From Candidatus Latescibacterota bacterium (GTDB taxonomy: Bacteria > Latescibacterota > UBA2968 > UBA8231): a stretch of DNA of 64,000 nucleotides. This document shows positions 49,002 through 59,688 of the stretch, in pieces. How positions within the stretch are numbered: position 1 is the stretch's first letter; each line of letters opens with the position of its first letter. The DNA is taken from assembly GCA_965200315.1 (NCBI GenBank), contig OZ241362.1, positions 736,001-800,000 on the forward strand, read 5' to 3'. Under the pieces are notes generated by a model. That model saw only the letters and a program-made list of their open reading frames with translations. It searched no databases and was not told where the DNA came from. Made by a program: the position numbers and the translations under genes.

Positions 49002-49316
49002 TTAGGCAACGTATTTCTGGATGCCGACGACGAGGGCGATGCTCAGGGCCGAGATCAGCGCGACACCGACGAGCGTGATGGTCAGGGTCTCGCCTATGAA
49101 CAGGTATATCCCCAAGCCCATCAGGATGGTCACCACTCCCATGAGGAAGGTCATCAGCCCTACCCAGCGAGCTAACCCATCCTTGTCGGCGACCCGGTCC
49201 GGGTTGAGACCGGAGATCAGACCGACGCGTTTCTTAACCCCGATCAGATAGGCAATGACGTAGAGCGGCAGGGCGCAGAGCAGCATGACGAGGAAGATAA
49301 TTAGGCCTGTGTCCAT
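49002..49316 (-). CDS. small membrane protein (DUF3784-like)
   Basis: 3 TM helices, LISGLN...DKDGLARWVG. Confidence 0.65.
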   Translation of the reverse strand: MDTGLIIFLVMLLCALPLYVIAYLIGVKKRVGLISGLNPDRVADKDGLARWVGLMTFLMGVVTILMGLGIYLFIGETLTITLVGVALISALSIALVVGIQKYVA

Positions 49317-49345
49317 CTGGATGTCCTTTCATTGGTTGGGAGTCG

Positions 49346-51322
49346 TCACGACGGAAACGGCACGGGAATCCCATCGCCGTGCCACGGGAAGGCGTAACTC
49401 GGCGCATTGCAGAAGCGGTCTAGTCCAGCTCCGATGCGGATCGCCGTTGACGGCGGCAGTTCCACCGAGAAGTACTTCCCTTCTACAGTCGTCGCCACCT
49501 CGCCATCCTTTCCTGCGGCGCGGTATTTGAGCTGCGTGAAGCGGTGCTCGCCAAAGGCACCGGCCTGTACAATGAGGCGGCGCGCCTCGTGCCGCGACGT
49601 GTTGACGAGTTGGATGCCGACCACATCCGGCCCCAGTTCATCCACTAAAGCAGCCACGTCTAAGGGCAGCCCCGGTCGCAGGCGGTCGGCGTCGAAGTAG
49701 CGCACCGTGGCGCGCAACAAGCCGCCGTTATAGACCGACTGCGGTGCCCCCAGCGTCACTTGGGTCAACCCCTTGGTCAACACCGGCTGCGATGGGAGTC
49801 GGTTAGTCGCAATGATCTCCAAGGGACTGCGCTCGTCAGCGCGCATAGCCTCGTAGGTCTCCAGAGCCTGCTGGTACTCCGCCCGCAGGATTTGCTCTGG
49901 CCAGCCCGGATTCTTGCCGTCGTAGTACTGGAAGCGGGCGAATTCAGTATTGCCCCAGTTTTTCTCTCCTAGGGCCGTCCCCACGTCGTTCCAGTCGCGC
50001 TCCACGTCGCCGTCGCGCACCAAGGTAATTATCTCGTAGTCTTCTTGGGCCATAGAGGCGTGGTACAGGTGCATGATATCCTGACCTCGCAGCGGAGTGG
50101 GTTCCAGCCAGTAGCCCCGCATCTCAATGCCGTCGCTTACGTGCAGTCCCGGCGCAGGATTCCATTCCCAGCCATCCGACCCGTAGCGCACCGGCACGAG
50201 GAATTGCCCATCCTCCCGCTTCCTGCCGTTATCGACTTGCAGCTTGATTTGCGAGCGCAAAAAGTCGAGATACCCGCTGTCGCCGGTGAGCAGTTGAGCG
50301 CATTCGACTGCGATGTTGATGCCGTGGTACATGATGTTGTAGCCTTGGTAGTGATTCCAGCCGTACTGGCCGCCCCACCACACGCCCTCGCGTCCCCCGC
50401 CGATGACGCCCTTGGCATCGACGTTGTCCGGGCAGATACCGCCGTTCTTCTCGGTGCGCTCCATCCACACCTCAGTGTAGTCGAGAACCCACTGTTTGTA
50501 CTTGGCGTCGCCGGTGTACAGATAGGCATTGGTCACCAGCGCAGTAGCCGCCAAGCTGTTGGGCGTGTCGCACTGCAAGACGAGCCGGTCGAACAGATCG
50601 ACGATCTGCTTGCGCCGCGCTGGATTTTCAAACCACCGCGTCTCCAAGTTTTTGACGATGGGATACAGACTAGCGCGCACTCCGTAGTAATTGGCCTGCC
50701 CACCTAGGCCGCGCCCGGCCAGTAGCATGGTGTTGGCGTATTCCGCGTCCGCGTGGAGCTTGGGTCCTTGGCTCGAATGGAAGGGCGAGCGCAAGATGCG
50801 GTATTCGGGATCCCAGTTGGGCGCTTGGGGATCCTCGCCAATGAACATGGCCGCAAAACTCCGCGTCCGCCGCATGTTTTCCGATACTGCGGGGTCGGCC
50901 ACCCCAAAGTCGTAAAAGGCCATATTGCCCTCGCCCAAGTGGTGCCACTCCATGGCTTGTTCAAAGTTCCAGAACTCGTTGTGGATGGACGGGCGGAAGA
51001 CCTTCTTGTGGTCGTTGTAGCGCGTACGGTGATGGATGCGCTCGTCGCTGATGCGGGTGACGGCGTTCCAGTTGCGGAAGTGGAGGTCGAGCAAGTCGTC
51101 GGCCGCACCAATCGCGTAAAACAGGCCGAAGTTGTACATCTGTTCGTAGAGATCATCCACATCCTCGGCCAGTAAGGTGCCGCCGCCGCGCTCAAAGTAC
51201 TGCCGGGCAAACAAGCGGCCCGACTCCTCCATCAGCGCGATCAAGTTCCGCTCCATCAAAGCCCACGCCGGCGGGGCTGCAACCTCGGTCGCCTCGATCT
51301 TGGTCATATTATTTGTCACCAC
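49346..51322 (-). CDS. uncharacterised ~650-aa protein; paralog of 1..1910
   Basis: PPAWALMERNL, DDLYE, NAYLYTGD, PDNV, GAPQSVYNGG, RYFD...RPGLP; alternative ATG 51307. Confidence 0.85.
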   Translation of the reverse strand: MVTNNMTKIEATEVAAPPAWALMERNLIALMEESGRLFARQYFERGGGTLLAEDVDDLYEQMYNFGLFYAIGAADDLLDLHFRNWNAVTRISDERIHHRTRYNDHKKVFRPSIHNEFWNFEQAMEWHHLGEGNMAFYDFGVADPAVSENMRRTRSFAAMFIGEDPQAPNWDPEYRILRSPFHSSQGPKLHADAEYANTMLLAGRGLGGQANYYGVRASLYPIVKNLETRWFENPARRKQIVDLFDRLVLQCDTPNSLAATALVTNAYLYTGDAKYKQWVLDYTEVWMERTEKNGGICPDNVDAKGVIGGGREGVWWGGQYGWNHYQGYNIMYHGINIAVECAQLLTGDSGYLDFLRSQIKLQVDNGRKREDGQFLVPVRYGSDGWEWNPAPGLHVSDGIEMRGYWLEPTPLRGQDIMHLYHASMAQEDYEIITLVRDGDVERDWNDVGTALGEKNWGNTEFARFQYYDGKNPGWPEQILRAEYQQALETYEAMRADERSPLEIIATNRLPSQPVLTKGLTQVTLGAPQSVYNGGLLRATVRYFDADRLRPGLPLDVAALVDELGPDVVGIQLVNTSRHEARRLIVQAGAFGEHRFTQLKYRAAGKDGEVATTVEGKYFSVELPPSTAIRIGAGLDRFCNAPSYAFPWHGDGIPVPFPS

Positions 51323-51449
51323 AGCCTACGGTCTCCTGTGCGAGAAAAGGTCGGACATAATTCTAGGCGGCGGTACATGCGCAGGCAAGCGGCCCGCTTT
51401 TAGCCGCTCCGTTTGGTCGCTCCAGATGCATCCATTACTTTAAAATTCC

Positions 51450-52235
51450 ATGAACAGTAAAGACTACCTACACGACCTCTTCGGCTGCCAAGGCCGCAAA
51501 GCCATCGTCACGGGGGCCTCCAGCGGCTTAGGCGCCGAACTAGCCCGCGTCCTCGTCTCGGCAGGAGCTGACGTCCTCGCTGTTGCCCGCCGCCGTGAGC
51601 GCCTCGAAGCACTCGCCCACGCCTTGCAAGACCGCGCCGGAACCATCCACGCACACGCGGCCGATCTCAGCGACCACGCCACCATCGCCGCCCTGCCCGA
51701 GCAAGTGGGCGAGCGACTCGGCGGCTGCGATATCTTGGTCGCCAATGCCGGCACAGCCACTCGCGTCCGCCTCGAAGATATGGCCGAGCAAGACTTTGCC
51801 GCGGTCGTCGACTTCAACCTCAAAGCCCAGTGGCTGCTCGCCAAAACCTGCTTCCCCTTGCTCCGCGAATCTGGTGCCGGCCGGATCGTCAATATCGCCT
51901 CGATCTACGGTTTGGGAGCCTCGGTAATCAACGGCCTGAGTGCCTACACAGTCAGCAAGCACGGACTCGTAGGACTGACGCGCTCGCAGGCCGTGGAATG
52001 GAGCAGACACAGCATCACTGCAAACGCCATCGCCCCCAGCTATTTTCCCACCGAAATGACCGAGACCGCCCTCGACAACGAGAAGATGAGCACTCGCCTG
52101 CGCACCTTTACGCCGCAGGGCCGCTTTGGCCAGCCCGCAGAGTTAGCCACTGCCCTGCTCTTTTTGTGCTCAAAGGCCAGTGGCTATGTCAACGGAACCA
52201 TTGTACCGGTGGACGGCGGCTGGACGGCGTGGTGA
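51450..52235 (+). CDS. SDR family oxidoreductase
   Basis: TGASSGLG, ANAG, YTVSK. Confidence 0.9.
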   Translation: MNSKDYLHDLFGCQGRKAIVTGASSGLGAELARVLVSAGADVLAVARRRERLEALAHALQDRAGTIHAHAADLSDHATIAALPEQVGERLGGCDILVANAGTATRVRLEDMAEQDFAAVVDFNLKAQWLLAKTCFPLLRESGAGRIVNIASIYGLGASVINGLSAYTVSKHGLVGLTRSQAVEWSRHSITANAIAPSYFPTEMTETALDNEKMSTRLRTFTPQGRFGQPAELATALLFLCSKASGYVNGTIVPVDGGWTAW

Positions 52236-52258
52236 TGTACGCCACTTAGGAATTGATT

Positions 52259-53243
52259 ATGAAAAAGCGAACCCTCGGCCGCACGGGGCTAGCCGTGAGT
52301 GAGCTGTCGCTCGGCGGGCTTTTTGTATCGTCCCATGGCGCGGCCTTTGCGCAGAGCAAACAGGCCGTGCTGCGAGCGCTCGAATTGGGAGTCAATTACA
52401 TCGATACCGCGCCGACCTATTTCGACAGCGAAGAGGTCTTGGGCGAGGCATTGGAATGCGTGGAAACGCCCTTTTACCTTTCGACCAAGATCGGGGGACG
52501 CCTTACCCCCTTCCGGCCGCAAGACCCCGCCTGCTTGCGGCGCTCGGTGGAGGAAAGCCTAGCGCGCCTCAAGCGCGACCGCGTCGATATCCTGATGGTC
52601 CACGAGCCAGACCGACCGCGGATGTACGATTGGTGGACAGACGAGGAATACAACGGCCCGGTGTTAGACGTTCTAGACGAACTCAAGCAGGAGGGCCTCG
52701 TCAATTACATCGGCCTCGGATATTACATCGGCCTACCACATCGATCCTATTATTCGCACGGGCCGCTTCGACATCCTGCTCACCGCTCTCAACTACAGCT
52801 TGCTCTGGCGCGAAGCCGCGCACTGCGCCTTGCCAGCGGCACACGAACACAACATGGGCATCGTCATCGGCTCGCCGCTGCAAATGGGTGCGCTGTCCCC
52901 GGCCCACGAGGAAGAAATACGGCGAGGGGTGCTATGGCTGAGTAAGCCGCGCCAGCAGCAGTTTTGCGCCCTCTACGACTTTGCCCGCGAAATCGGTATT
53001 TCCCTGCCCGAACTAAGCCTGCGCTTCGTACTCTCCGACCCGCACGTCGCCTGCGCCCTGATGGGAGCTCGCTCGCCGGCAGAGGTCGAAGAGAACGCCG
53101 CCGCGGTCGCCAACGGCCCCTTGAGCAGCGAAGTACTCGCCCGACTCGACGGGATCGCCGCCATGGTGCCCTTCCGACCTTGCGAAGAACCCTTCGTCCT
53201 GCCGCTAGGCCGGGCGTACGCTGGGCTGGGACAGGCCCGATAG
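52259..53243 (+). pseudogene. aldo/keto reductase, frameshifted at ~52721
   Basis: IDTAPTY, STK, HEPD in first frame; SAYHIDPIIRTGRFDILLTALNYSLLW continues in another frame to stop 53243. Confidence 0.82.
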
Positions 53244-53250
53244 AGATCGC

Positions 53251-53967
53251 TTAAACCGGCGGCGCTTCCAAAAAGACGCGCACTCCCATATCGGCATAGC
53301 GCGACCGGCTCTCGGCCGTGCCATTGCGAAAACAGACCGCAGTCTCTGTACCCTGCAAGGCTGCGACCACGTGGCGTACGCAATCATCGACGCTTTTGAG
53401 ATGGGGATGCCCCCGGTGATTTAGGTCCATCTGCAAGTCCGTGGGGCCAAAAGAGAGGCAATCGACCCCAGGCCGCGCCAAACTGAATGCACTGGTCGCG
53501 GCCGCTACCGATTCGACTTGCAGCCACAGCACCCCGTACTGGTTCCACCAATCCGCATACGCTTGGGGGCCGCTGCTCGTGTCGCCGACGCGGGCACCGC
53601 CGCCGTGGCTGCGCACCCCTTGCGGCAAGTAATAGAAATTGGCCACCGCCTCTTCAGCGGTCGCCACGGTCTCCACCTGCGGCACTTCAATCCCCGAAGG
53701 CCCCAAGTCCAAGCAGTTGCCGATCAGATAGGTGTGGCGCGTGTGCTTGATGCGAAAGTGCAGCGGCAGGTCGAACTCCCCGGCCATGCTCGCCAACGCG
53801 ACCAAGCGGGCTTCGCTATAGGGCGAGTGCTGGCTATCGACAAAGACGAAATCGCACGCGCCCAACTCGGCGATGCGCTTGAATGCGTCGCGCTCAATGT
53901 CGCCGCGGATGCCAAACCCCACTACCTGTTCGCCCCGCTTGATCTTCTGCTTCAAATTCGCTGCCAT
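53251..53967 (-). CDS. HpcH/HpaI aldolase family protein
   Basis: DSQHS, VPQVET, QVES, FGPTDL. Confidence 0.85.
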   Translation of the reverse strand: MAANLKQKIKRGEQVVGFGIRGDIERDAFKRIAELGACDFVFVDSQHSPYSEARLVALASMAGEFDLPLHFRIKHTRHTYLIGNCLDLGPSGIEVPQVETVATAEEAVANFYYLPQGVRSHGGGARVGDTSSGPQAYADWWNQYGVLWLQVESVAAATSAFSLARPGVDCLSFGPTDLQMDLNHRGHPHLKSVDDCVRHVVAALQGTETAVCFRNGTAESRSRYADMGVRVFLEAPPV

Positions 53968-54003
53968 GCTCGCGTCTCCTTTAAGAGAGTGCCAATGCCT
54001 CGG

Positions 54004-54885
54004 TTAGGCGTACAGTCCGAATAGGCTAGCCACCAGCCAGAGCAAGGTATTTATCTGCAAAGGCCGATCACTCCAGACGACTGCCGTCGGGTCGTCCCCC
54101 TGCCCCCGGTGATACACTAGATAGAGATAGCGCAACACGCCGTAGAGCACAAAAGGGATCGTCCACTGCATTTGTGTGCCCTCTGCACCCATCCCCATCG
54201 CGTATAGCGCGTAGCAGACTATGGTCACGGCTGTGAGGACGGCGATCATCTGGTCGAGAAAAGGCACGCTGTATTCTTCGAGGATAGCGCGGTGATCCGC
54301 GGCCTCATCCGCCAGTTGCACGAGCTCCTGCCGACGCTTGACCGCCGCCATGAGGAGCACCAAGGCAAAGATACAGACGATAAACCACGTGGAAATAGAC
54401 ACCTCAATGACCACGCCGCCGCCGACAGCGCGCAGCAGGTAACACGCCGCCACGATCAGCACATCCACCAACACCACCTGCTTGAGCCGAAGCGAGTACG
54501 CCGCGTTGAGCGCCGCGTAGAGCACGGCTACCCATCCCAAATGAGGATGCAGCCAAAACGCGCCGGCCAACGCAAGGACCAACGCGACCAAAGCCGCCCC
54601 CCAAGCCAACGCAACCGACAGGTGGCCAGCGGCAATCGGCCGATGGCACTTTTGGGGATGCAGGCGATCGTACTGGCGGTCGAAGATGTCGTTGAACAAA
54701 TAGACGCCTCCGCTCAGCAAGACGAAGCAGAGGGCCGCCCCTAAGCTGCGGACTAGGTTGGGAACTTCAAATAGATGTTCGGAAAAAACGAGGGCGGGAA
54801 AAACGAAGACATTCTTGATCCACTGCCGGGGGCGCATGGACCACAGGATGTAGTAGAGCAACAAAACGGGGCTATGCTTCTGCAC
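54004..54885 (-). CDS. UbiA-family decaprenyl-phosphate phosphoribosyltransferase-like
   Basis: RPRQWIKN, NDIFD...DRLHPQKCHRPIAAG. Confidence 0.88.
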   Translation of the reverse strand: MQKHSPVLLLYYILWSMRPRQWIKNVFVFPALVFSEHLFEVPNLVRSLGAALCFVLLSGGVYLFNDIFDRQYDRLHPQKCHRPIAAGHLSVALAWGAALVALVLALAGAFWLHPHLGWVAVLYAALNAAYSLRLKQVVLVDVLIVAACYLLRAVGGGVVIEVSISTWFIVCIFALVLLMAAVKRRQELVQLADEAADHRAILEEYSVPFLDQMIAVLTAVTIVCYALYAMGMGAEGTQMQWTIPFVLYGVLRYLYLVYHRGQGDDPTAVVWSDRPLQINTLLWLVASLFGLYA

Positions 54886-54905
54886 AACCGGAGAGCAGGG
54901 GCCGT

Positions 54906-55466
54906 TCAGACCTCCATGATCTCCTTTTCCTTGTTCTCGATGATCCCGTCAATGGAGGCCACGTATTCAGCAGTCAACTCCTGCACCCTTTTCTGCGCGC
55001 TGCGCGACTCGTCTTCGGAGATATCCCCGTCCTTTTGTGCTTCTTGGAGCAAGTCTATCCCGTCGCGCCGCGCATGGCGCACTGCGACCCGCCCTTCTTC
55101 GGCGCGATGCCGGGCGACTTTGGTGATTTCTACCCGCCGCTCCTCGGTCAGTTCGGGAATGGGCAGTCGGATGATGGCGCCGTCGTTGGCCGGGTTGAGC
55201 CCTAAGCTCTTGTCGAGGAGAATGGCCTTCTCAATCACGGGAATCAAGGTCGCCTCCCAAGGCTTGATCGCCAACAAGCGCGGCTCGGGGACGCTGATCG
55301 TCGCCACCTGATTGAGCGGAGTCTGTTGGCCGTAGTAATCCACCCGCACGTTGTCGAGCATGGCGGCCGAGGCCCGCCCCGTGCGAATAGAGGCTAAGTC
55401 GCGATGCAGGGACTCAATGGCCTTATCCATAGCCTCTTTTACTGTTTCAAGGACCTCTTCCAACAT
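54906..55466 (-). CDS. frr: ribosome recycling factor
   Basis: IRTGRAS, VDYYG, PELTEERR. Confidence 0.97.
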   Translation of the reverse strand: MLEEVLETVKEAMDKAIESLHRDLASIRTGRASAAMLDNVRVDYYGQQTPLNQVATISVPEPRLLAIKPWEATLIPVIEKAILLDKSLGLNPANDGAIIRLPIPELTEERRVEITKVARHRAEEGRVAVRHARRDGIDLLQEAQKDGDISEDESRSAQKRVQELTAEYVASIDGIIENKEKEIMEV

Positions 55467-55484
55467 GGCGGCCTCAATGTATTT

Positions 55485-56087
55485 TCAGGCGTCTTCTCCT
55501 AAGACGAACCGCTCAAAGCGACGCACGGTAATTTTCTCGCCGATTTTCGCGGTTATCGCGGTGACTAATTCGCTAATGGTCTGGTCGGGATTTTTGACGA
55601 AGACCTGTTCCATCAGGCAATTTTCCTGATAGAACTTCTCCATGCGGCCCTCGACGATTTTCGCGGCAATATGCTCGGGCTTACCTTCGTTTTTGGCCTG
55701 TTCGAGAAAGATGGCTCGCTCCCTTTCCACGGCATCGGCAGGAATGCCCTCCCGCTCGACTGCCAAAGGCTGAGAGGCGGCAATGTGCATGGCCACATCC
55801 TTGGCGAACTCTTGGAAGTCGTCGGTGCGAGCGACGAAGTCGGTTTCGCAGTTGACCTCTACCAGCACGCCGAGGCGACTGCCCTGGTGAATATACGCTT
55901 GGATCAGGCCCTCACTGGCGTCGCGGCCGGCCCGCTTCTCCACCGCGGACAGGCCCTGCTTGCGCAAGTACTCAATGGCCTTTTCGCTGTCGCCGCCGGT
56001 TTCTTGCAGGGCTTTCTTGCAATCCATCATGCCCAAGCCCGTCTTCTCCCGGAGCATTCGTACGCTTTGTGCGGTAATCTGAGTCAT
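55485..56087 (-). CDS. tsf: elongation factor Ts, short form
   Basis: LREKTGLGMMDCKKAL, EVNCETDFVA. Confidence 0.97.
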   Translation of the reverse strand: MTQITAQSVRMLREKTGLGMMDCKKALQETGGDSEKAIEYLRKQGLSAVEKRAGRDASEGLIQAYIHQGSRLGVLVEVNCETDFVARTDDFQEFAKDVAMHIAASQPLAVEREGIPADAVERERAIFLEQAKNEGKPEHIAAKIVEGRMEKFYQENCLMEQVFVKNPDQTISELVTAITAKIGEKITVRRFERFVLGEDA

Positions 56088-56118
56088 CGTCGTTTGCTTT
56101 CAAAAGTAGTTGGTCTAG

Positions 56119-56880
56119 CTATGCAGTGGCCGCGGCTACATCCGCCGGGGCCTCTTCGGCCTTTTGCTTGTCGTCGCGCGCCGCTTTTTCGGCTTCGGCT
56201 TCGGCCCTACCCTCAACCACCGCGTCGGCGATGAGGCGCGTGATGAGGGCGATCGAGCGGATGGCATCGTCGTTGCCGGGAATCGGATAGGTCACCAAGT
56301 CGGGATCGCAGTTGGTATCGACGATGGCCACGCAGGGGATACCGAGCTTGGCGGCCTCGCGCACGGCGATGTGCTCCTTCTTGATGTCTATGATAACAAC
56401 CAAGCCGGGCAGACCGCCCATGTTGCGGATGCCGGCCAAGGTTCGCTGGAGCCGGGCGCGCGCTTTTTCGAGCAGCAGGACTTCTTTTTTCTTGAGATTC
56501 TCGTAGGTGCCGTCGCTCGAGATGCGGTCGAGATGCTCTAGGTGCTCGATGCTTTGGCGGATGGTCTGCCAGTTGGTCAACATCCCGCCGAGCCAGCGCT
56601 CGGTGACGTAAAACATGCCACAGCGCTCGGCTTCTTGGCGCACGAGTTCGGCGGCCTGTTTCTTCGTGCCGACAAAGAACACGGCGCGCCCGGCGCGCAC
56701 CGTCTGGCGCACGGCCTCGCAAGCGGCCTCGACCTTGCCGACCGTCTTTTGCAGGTCAATAATGTGGATGCCGTTGCGCTCGGTGAAGATGTAGGGCCGC
56801 ATCTTGGGATTCCAACGCCGGGTCTGGTGCCCGAAGTGGGTCCCCGCTTCCAGCAAGTCGCGGATAGTGAAGTCAGCCAT
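56119..56880 (-). CDS. rpsB: 30S ribosomal protein S2
   Basis: [22 protein letters not shown]. Confidence 0.98.
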   Translation of the reverse strand: MADFTIRDLLEAGTHFGHQTRRWNPKMRPYIFTERNGIHIIDLQKTVGKVEAACEAVRQTVRAGRAVFFVGTKKQAAELVRQEAERCGMFYVTERWLGGMLTNWQTIRQSIEHLEHLDRISSDGTYENLKKKEVLLLEKARARLQRTLAGIRNMGGLPGLVVIIDIKKEHIAVREAAKLGIPCVAIVDTNCDPDLVTYPIPGNDDAIRSIALITRLIADAVVEGRAEAEAEKAARDDKQKAEEAPADVAAATA

Positions 56881-57000
56881 GATCGCTCCTCAGTGTTAGT
56901 TGGGCCTCCGCCTCCTTCATCTACACACAGAAACCCCGCAGACGCCGAACGCCCACGGGACACTCTCTGTCGTGCATCGGGAAGCGTGTGTATTGGAATG
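56881..57000 (-). promoter_or_regulatory. putative rpsB 5' leader (S2 autoregulatory element)
   Basis: ACACACGCTTCC...GGAGGCGGAGGCCCAAC bracket resembles known rpsB leaders. Confidence 0.55.
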
Positions 57001-57003
57001 GAA

Positions 57004-57396
57004 CTAGCGCTTGGAGAATTGGAAACGCTTGCGCGCGCCGGCCAATCCGTACTTTTTGCGCTCTTTCTCGCGGGCGTCGCGTGTCAAAAAGCCGCCTTTC
57101 TTCAACGCTTCCCGCTTCTGAGCGTCGTACTGCACCAAGGCGCGGGCAATGCCCAAACTCGCGGCACCAGCTTGACCGCGCAGGCCGCCGCCACGGGTGG
57201 AAATGTGGATGTCGAAAGTGTGTCGCGTCTCGGTCAGATCCAGAGGCTGCACGAGGATCATCTCCAAAGAATCTCGGCGCAGGTACTCGCTGACCGCGCG
57301 ACCGTTCATGTAAATGCTGCCATTGCCGAGCTGCATGCGCACTCGGGCGACCGAGGTCTTTCTGCGACCGGTCGCTTCATAGCTTTCTAAGGGCAT
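57004..57396 (-). CDS. rpsI: 30S ribosomal protein S9
   Basis: TGRRKTSVARV, QFSKR C-terminus. Confidence 0.98.
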   Translation of the reverse strand: MPLESYEATGRRKTSVARVRMQLGNGSIYMNGRAVSEYLRRDSLEMILVQPLDLTETRHTFDIHISTRGGGLRGQAGAASLGIARALVQYDAQKREALKKGGFLTRDAREKERKKYGLAGARKRFQFSKR

Positions 57397-57414
57397 GGGC
57401 GCGTTGCCTTTGGC

Positions 57415-57849
57415 TTAAAGTTCGAGAGGCTGGGGGTTTTGCGCTTGGTGCCGGTGTTCGCCGCCGGCATAAATGCGGAGCTTCTTTAGCTGCATCCGGC
57501 CCAATTTGGTGTGCGGCAGCATACCCCGCACGGCCTTGCGGATGATGCGGTCGGGATGCCGTTCGGCCATGCGGCTGTAGGGAGTGACCCGCAAGCCACC
57601 TGGATAGCCGGTGTGGCGGTAATAGACCTTTTTTTCGGCCTTGTTACCCGTGACGCGCACCTTGTCGGCATTAATCACAATGACGTGGTCGCCCACATCG
57701 GCATGTGGGGCATATTCGGGCTTGCCCTTGCCGCGCAGCACTTGGGCGATTTCCGAAGCCAGCCGCCCTAGTACCTTGTCAGTGGCATCAATCACAAACC
57801 ACTGCCGCTTGATTTCGCCCGCTTTAGGGGCGTAAGTAATGTCGTTCAT
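57415..57849 (-). CDS. rplM: 50S ribosomal protein L13
   Basis: LGRLAS, HTGYPGGL, VRGMLP. Confidence 0.98.
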   Translation of the reverse strand: MNDITYAPKAGEIKRQWFVIDATDKVLGRLASEIAQVLRGKGKPEYAPHADVGDHVIVINADKVRVTGNKAEKKVYYRHTGYPGGLRVTPYSRMAERHPDRIIRKAVRGMLPHTKLGRMQLKKLRIYAGGEHRHQAQNPQPLEL

Positions 57850-57880
57850 CGTCTTTTCTCAGATTATATAGAAATCGTTT

Positions 57881-57909
57881 AACCTAAGCCCTCTATTCCC
57901 ACTTGTCAA
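57881..57909 (-). promoter_or_regulatory. sigma70 promoter of rplM operon
   Basis: TTGACA-17bp-TAGGTT. Confidence 0.6.
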
Positions 57910-58514
57910 GACTGGTCGGCCCGTCGCTTGCGCCACCAGCGCCAAGTTAGCGCGGCCCCTACCAAGCACAGGATGCCCACCAATAATCTATTGTATTGTG
58001 CGAGCAGGTCCGCGACCTGTTCCCAGTTTTCACCCACCAAAATTCCGACGTAAAGCAGCAATCCATTCCAAGCTGCCATGCTAATCGCGCCGCAGAGCGC
58101 GACAATCGGCCAAGGCATGCGTCCCAGACCGGCACCGATGGCGATGACCGACCGAATGCCGCTTAAAAATCGGTTGCCTAAAATGAGCACGACTCCGTAG
58201 CGACTGAGCCACTGCTCGGCTTGGGCTAGCTTTGCCGTGCCCCGACGACCTGCGAAAAAGGCGTGCCCCCGGCTATAGCCCAAATAGTACATGGCTAAAA
58301 AGCCGGCCATGCCCCCGACACAAGTAGCAAAAAAAACCGGCCATATATCCAAGAGGCCGCGCCCCACCAAATAGGCGCTAAACACCACCACCGTATCGCC
58401 CGGTATAGGTGGCACAATGTTTTCCAAAAAGGCGCTAAGCAACAAAATGCCATAGGCCCACAGTGGATCAACGCCAGACAGGGCCGCGAGCAGAGAATCC
58501 AAATAGGCCGCCAT
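57906..58514 (-). CDS. DedA family membrane protein
   Basis: ENIVPPIPGD, RFLSGIR. Confidence 0.9.
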   Translation of the reverse strand: MAAYLDSLLAALSGVDPLWAYGILLLSAFLENIVPPIPGDTVVVFSAYLVGRGLLDIWPVFFATCVGGMAGFLAMYYLGYSRGHAFFAGRRGTAKLAQAEQWLSRYGVVLILGNRFLSGIRSVIAIGAGLGRMPWPIVALCGAISMAAWNGLLLYVGILVGENWEQVADLLAQYNRLLVGILCLVGAALTWRWWRKRRADQS

Positions 58515-58517
58515 GCT

Positions 58518-59684
58518 TTATAGCTCCAAAAGGGCCACGGCTTGGGCCTCCATACCTTCCTCGCGCCCGACAAACCCCAAGTGTTCAGTCGTGGTGGCCT
58601 TGAGCGAAACCTGCCCCATCTCTAGGCCCAAGGTCGCCGCTAGCGCTTGGCGCATCGCAGCTATGTGTGGCGCGAGCTTGGGCTGTTGGGCTGCGACGAC
58701 GGCGTCGATGTGCAGGACCCGCGCCCCTCGTTCCGCTATCAGGGTGCCGACCTGCTTGAGCAGCACTAAGCTCGATATATCCTTGTATTGCTCGTCCGAG
58801 TCGGGAAAGAGCTGGCCGATATCCCCGGCCGCCAAGGAACCCAAGAGCGCGTCGATTATGGCATGCGTCAGCACATCCGCGTCTGAGTGGCCCGCCAACC
58901 CCCGGTCAAAAGGCACGACGACTCCACCCAAAATTAGGGGCCGCCCTTCCTCCAAGCGATGCACGTCGTAGCCCTGTCCTATGCGCAAGCTCATAGTAGG
59001 GACCTCCTCCCTTGCACGCACTCGCCACTCGGCCCAAGCCAAATCCTCGGGCGTGGTGAGCTTGCGGTTGTCGGCGTCGCCGGGTACGACGCAGACTGTG
59101 TGGCCTATCCGCTCGATCAGCGCGGCGTCGTCCGTGGCCACCGCATCGGGCCCGGCCGCGTGGTATGCCCTCAGAAGCAACTCGCGGTCAAAGCCCTGTG
59201 GGGTCTGCGCCTGCCACAGCCGCTCGCGACGCGGCGTACCCACGACCCGACCGCCGGCCACTTCCTTGATCGTCTCTGCCACTGGCAAAGCAGGCAGTGC
59301 CGCTCCGTGCTCGCGGGTGGCGGCTACCACCCGCTCCAGCAGCCCTTCCGAAATAAACGGCCGCACGGCGTCGTGAACCAAGACCATATCGGCGCGGGTC
59401 TCCTGTAGGCCCTGATACACGGATGCACTGCGCTCAGCCCCCCCGGGCACGAAAGCGGCGATTTTGCCAAAGCCTCCTCCCTCGCGCAATTGGCTGCGGC
59501 AATAGTCCATGTCCTCGCGCCGCACGACCAAGACGATATCAGAAACCAGCGGGCTAGCTTCGAGACGCACGAGCACGTGCCAGAGTACGGGCCGCCCCCC
59601 TAACGGGAGGTACTGTTTGGGCCGATCGGCTCCCATGCGCTGCCCCCGACCGCCGGCCGGAATGATGGCGGTTATATTTTCCAC
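58518..59684 (-). CDS. ispDF: bifunctional IspD/IspF
   Basis: [22 protein letters not shown]; then GYDVH, HSDADV, KATTTE. Confidence 0.95.
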   Translation of the reverse strand: MENITAIIPAGGRGQRMGADRPKQYLPLGGRPVLWHVLVRLEASPLVSDIVLVVRREDMDYCRSQLREGGGFGKIAAFVPGGAERSASVYQGLQETRADMVLVHDAVRPFISEGLLERVVAATREHGAALPALPVAETIKEVAGGRVVGTPRRERLWQAQTPQGFDRELLLRAYHAAGPDAVATDDAALIERIGHTVCVVPGDADNRKLTTPEDLAWAEWRVRAREEVPTMSLRIGQGYDVHRLEEGRPLILGGVVVPFDRGLAGHSDADVLTHAIIDALLGSLAAGDIGQLFPDSDEQYKDISSLVLLKQVGTLIAERGARVLHIDAVVAAQQPKLAPHIAAMRQALAATLGLEMGQVSLKATTTEHLGFVGREEGMEAQAVALLEL

Positions 59685-59688
59685 GATC

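Noticed and set aside
55485-56087. EF-Ts looks truncated at 200 aa
   Set aside because: Short dimeric EF-Ts is a known form, as in Thermus
58518-59684. IspD-IspF fusion as a novelty
   Set aside because: Bifunctional IspDF is well known
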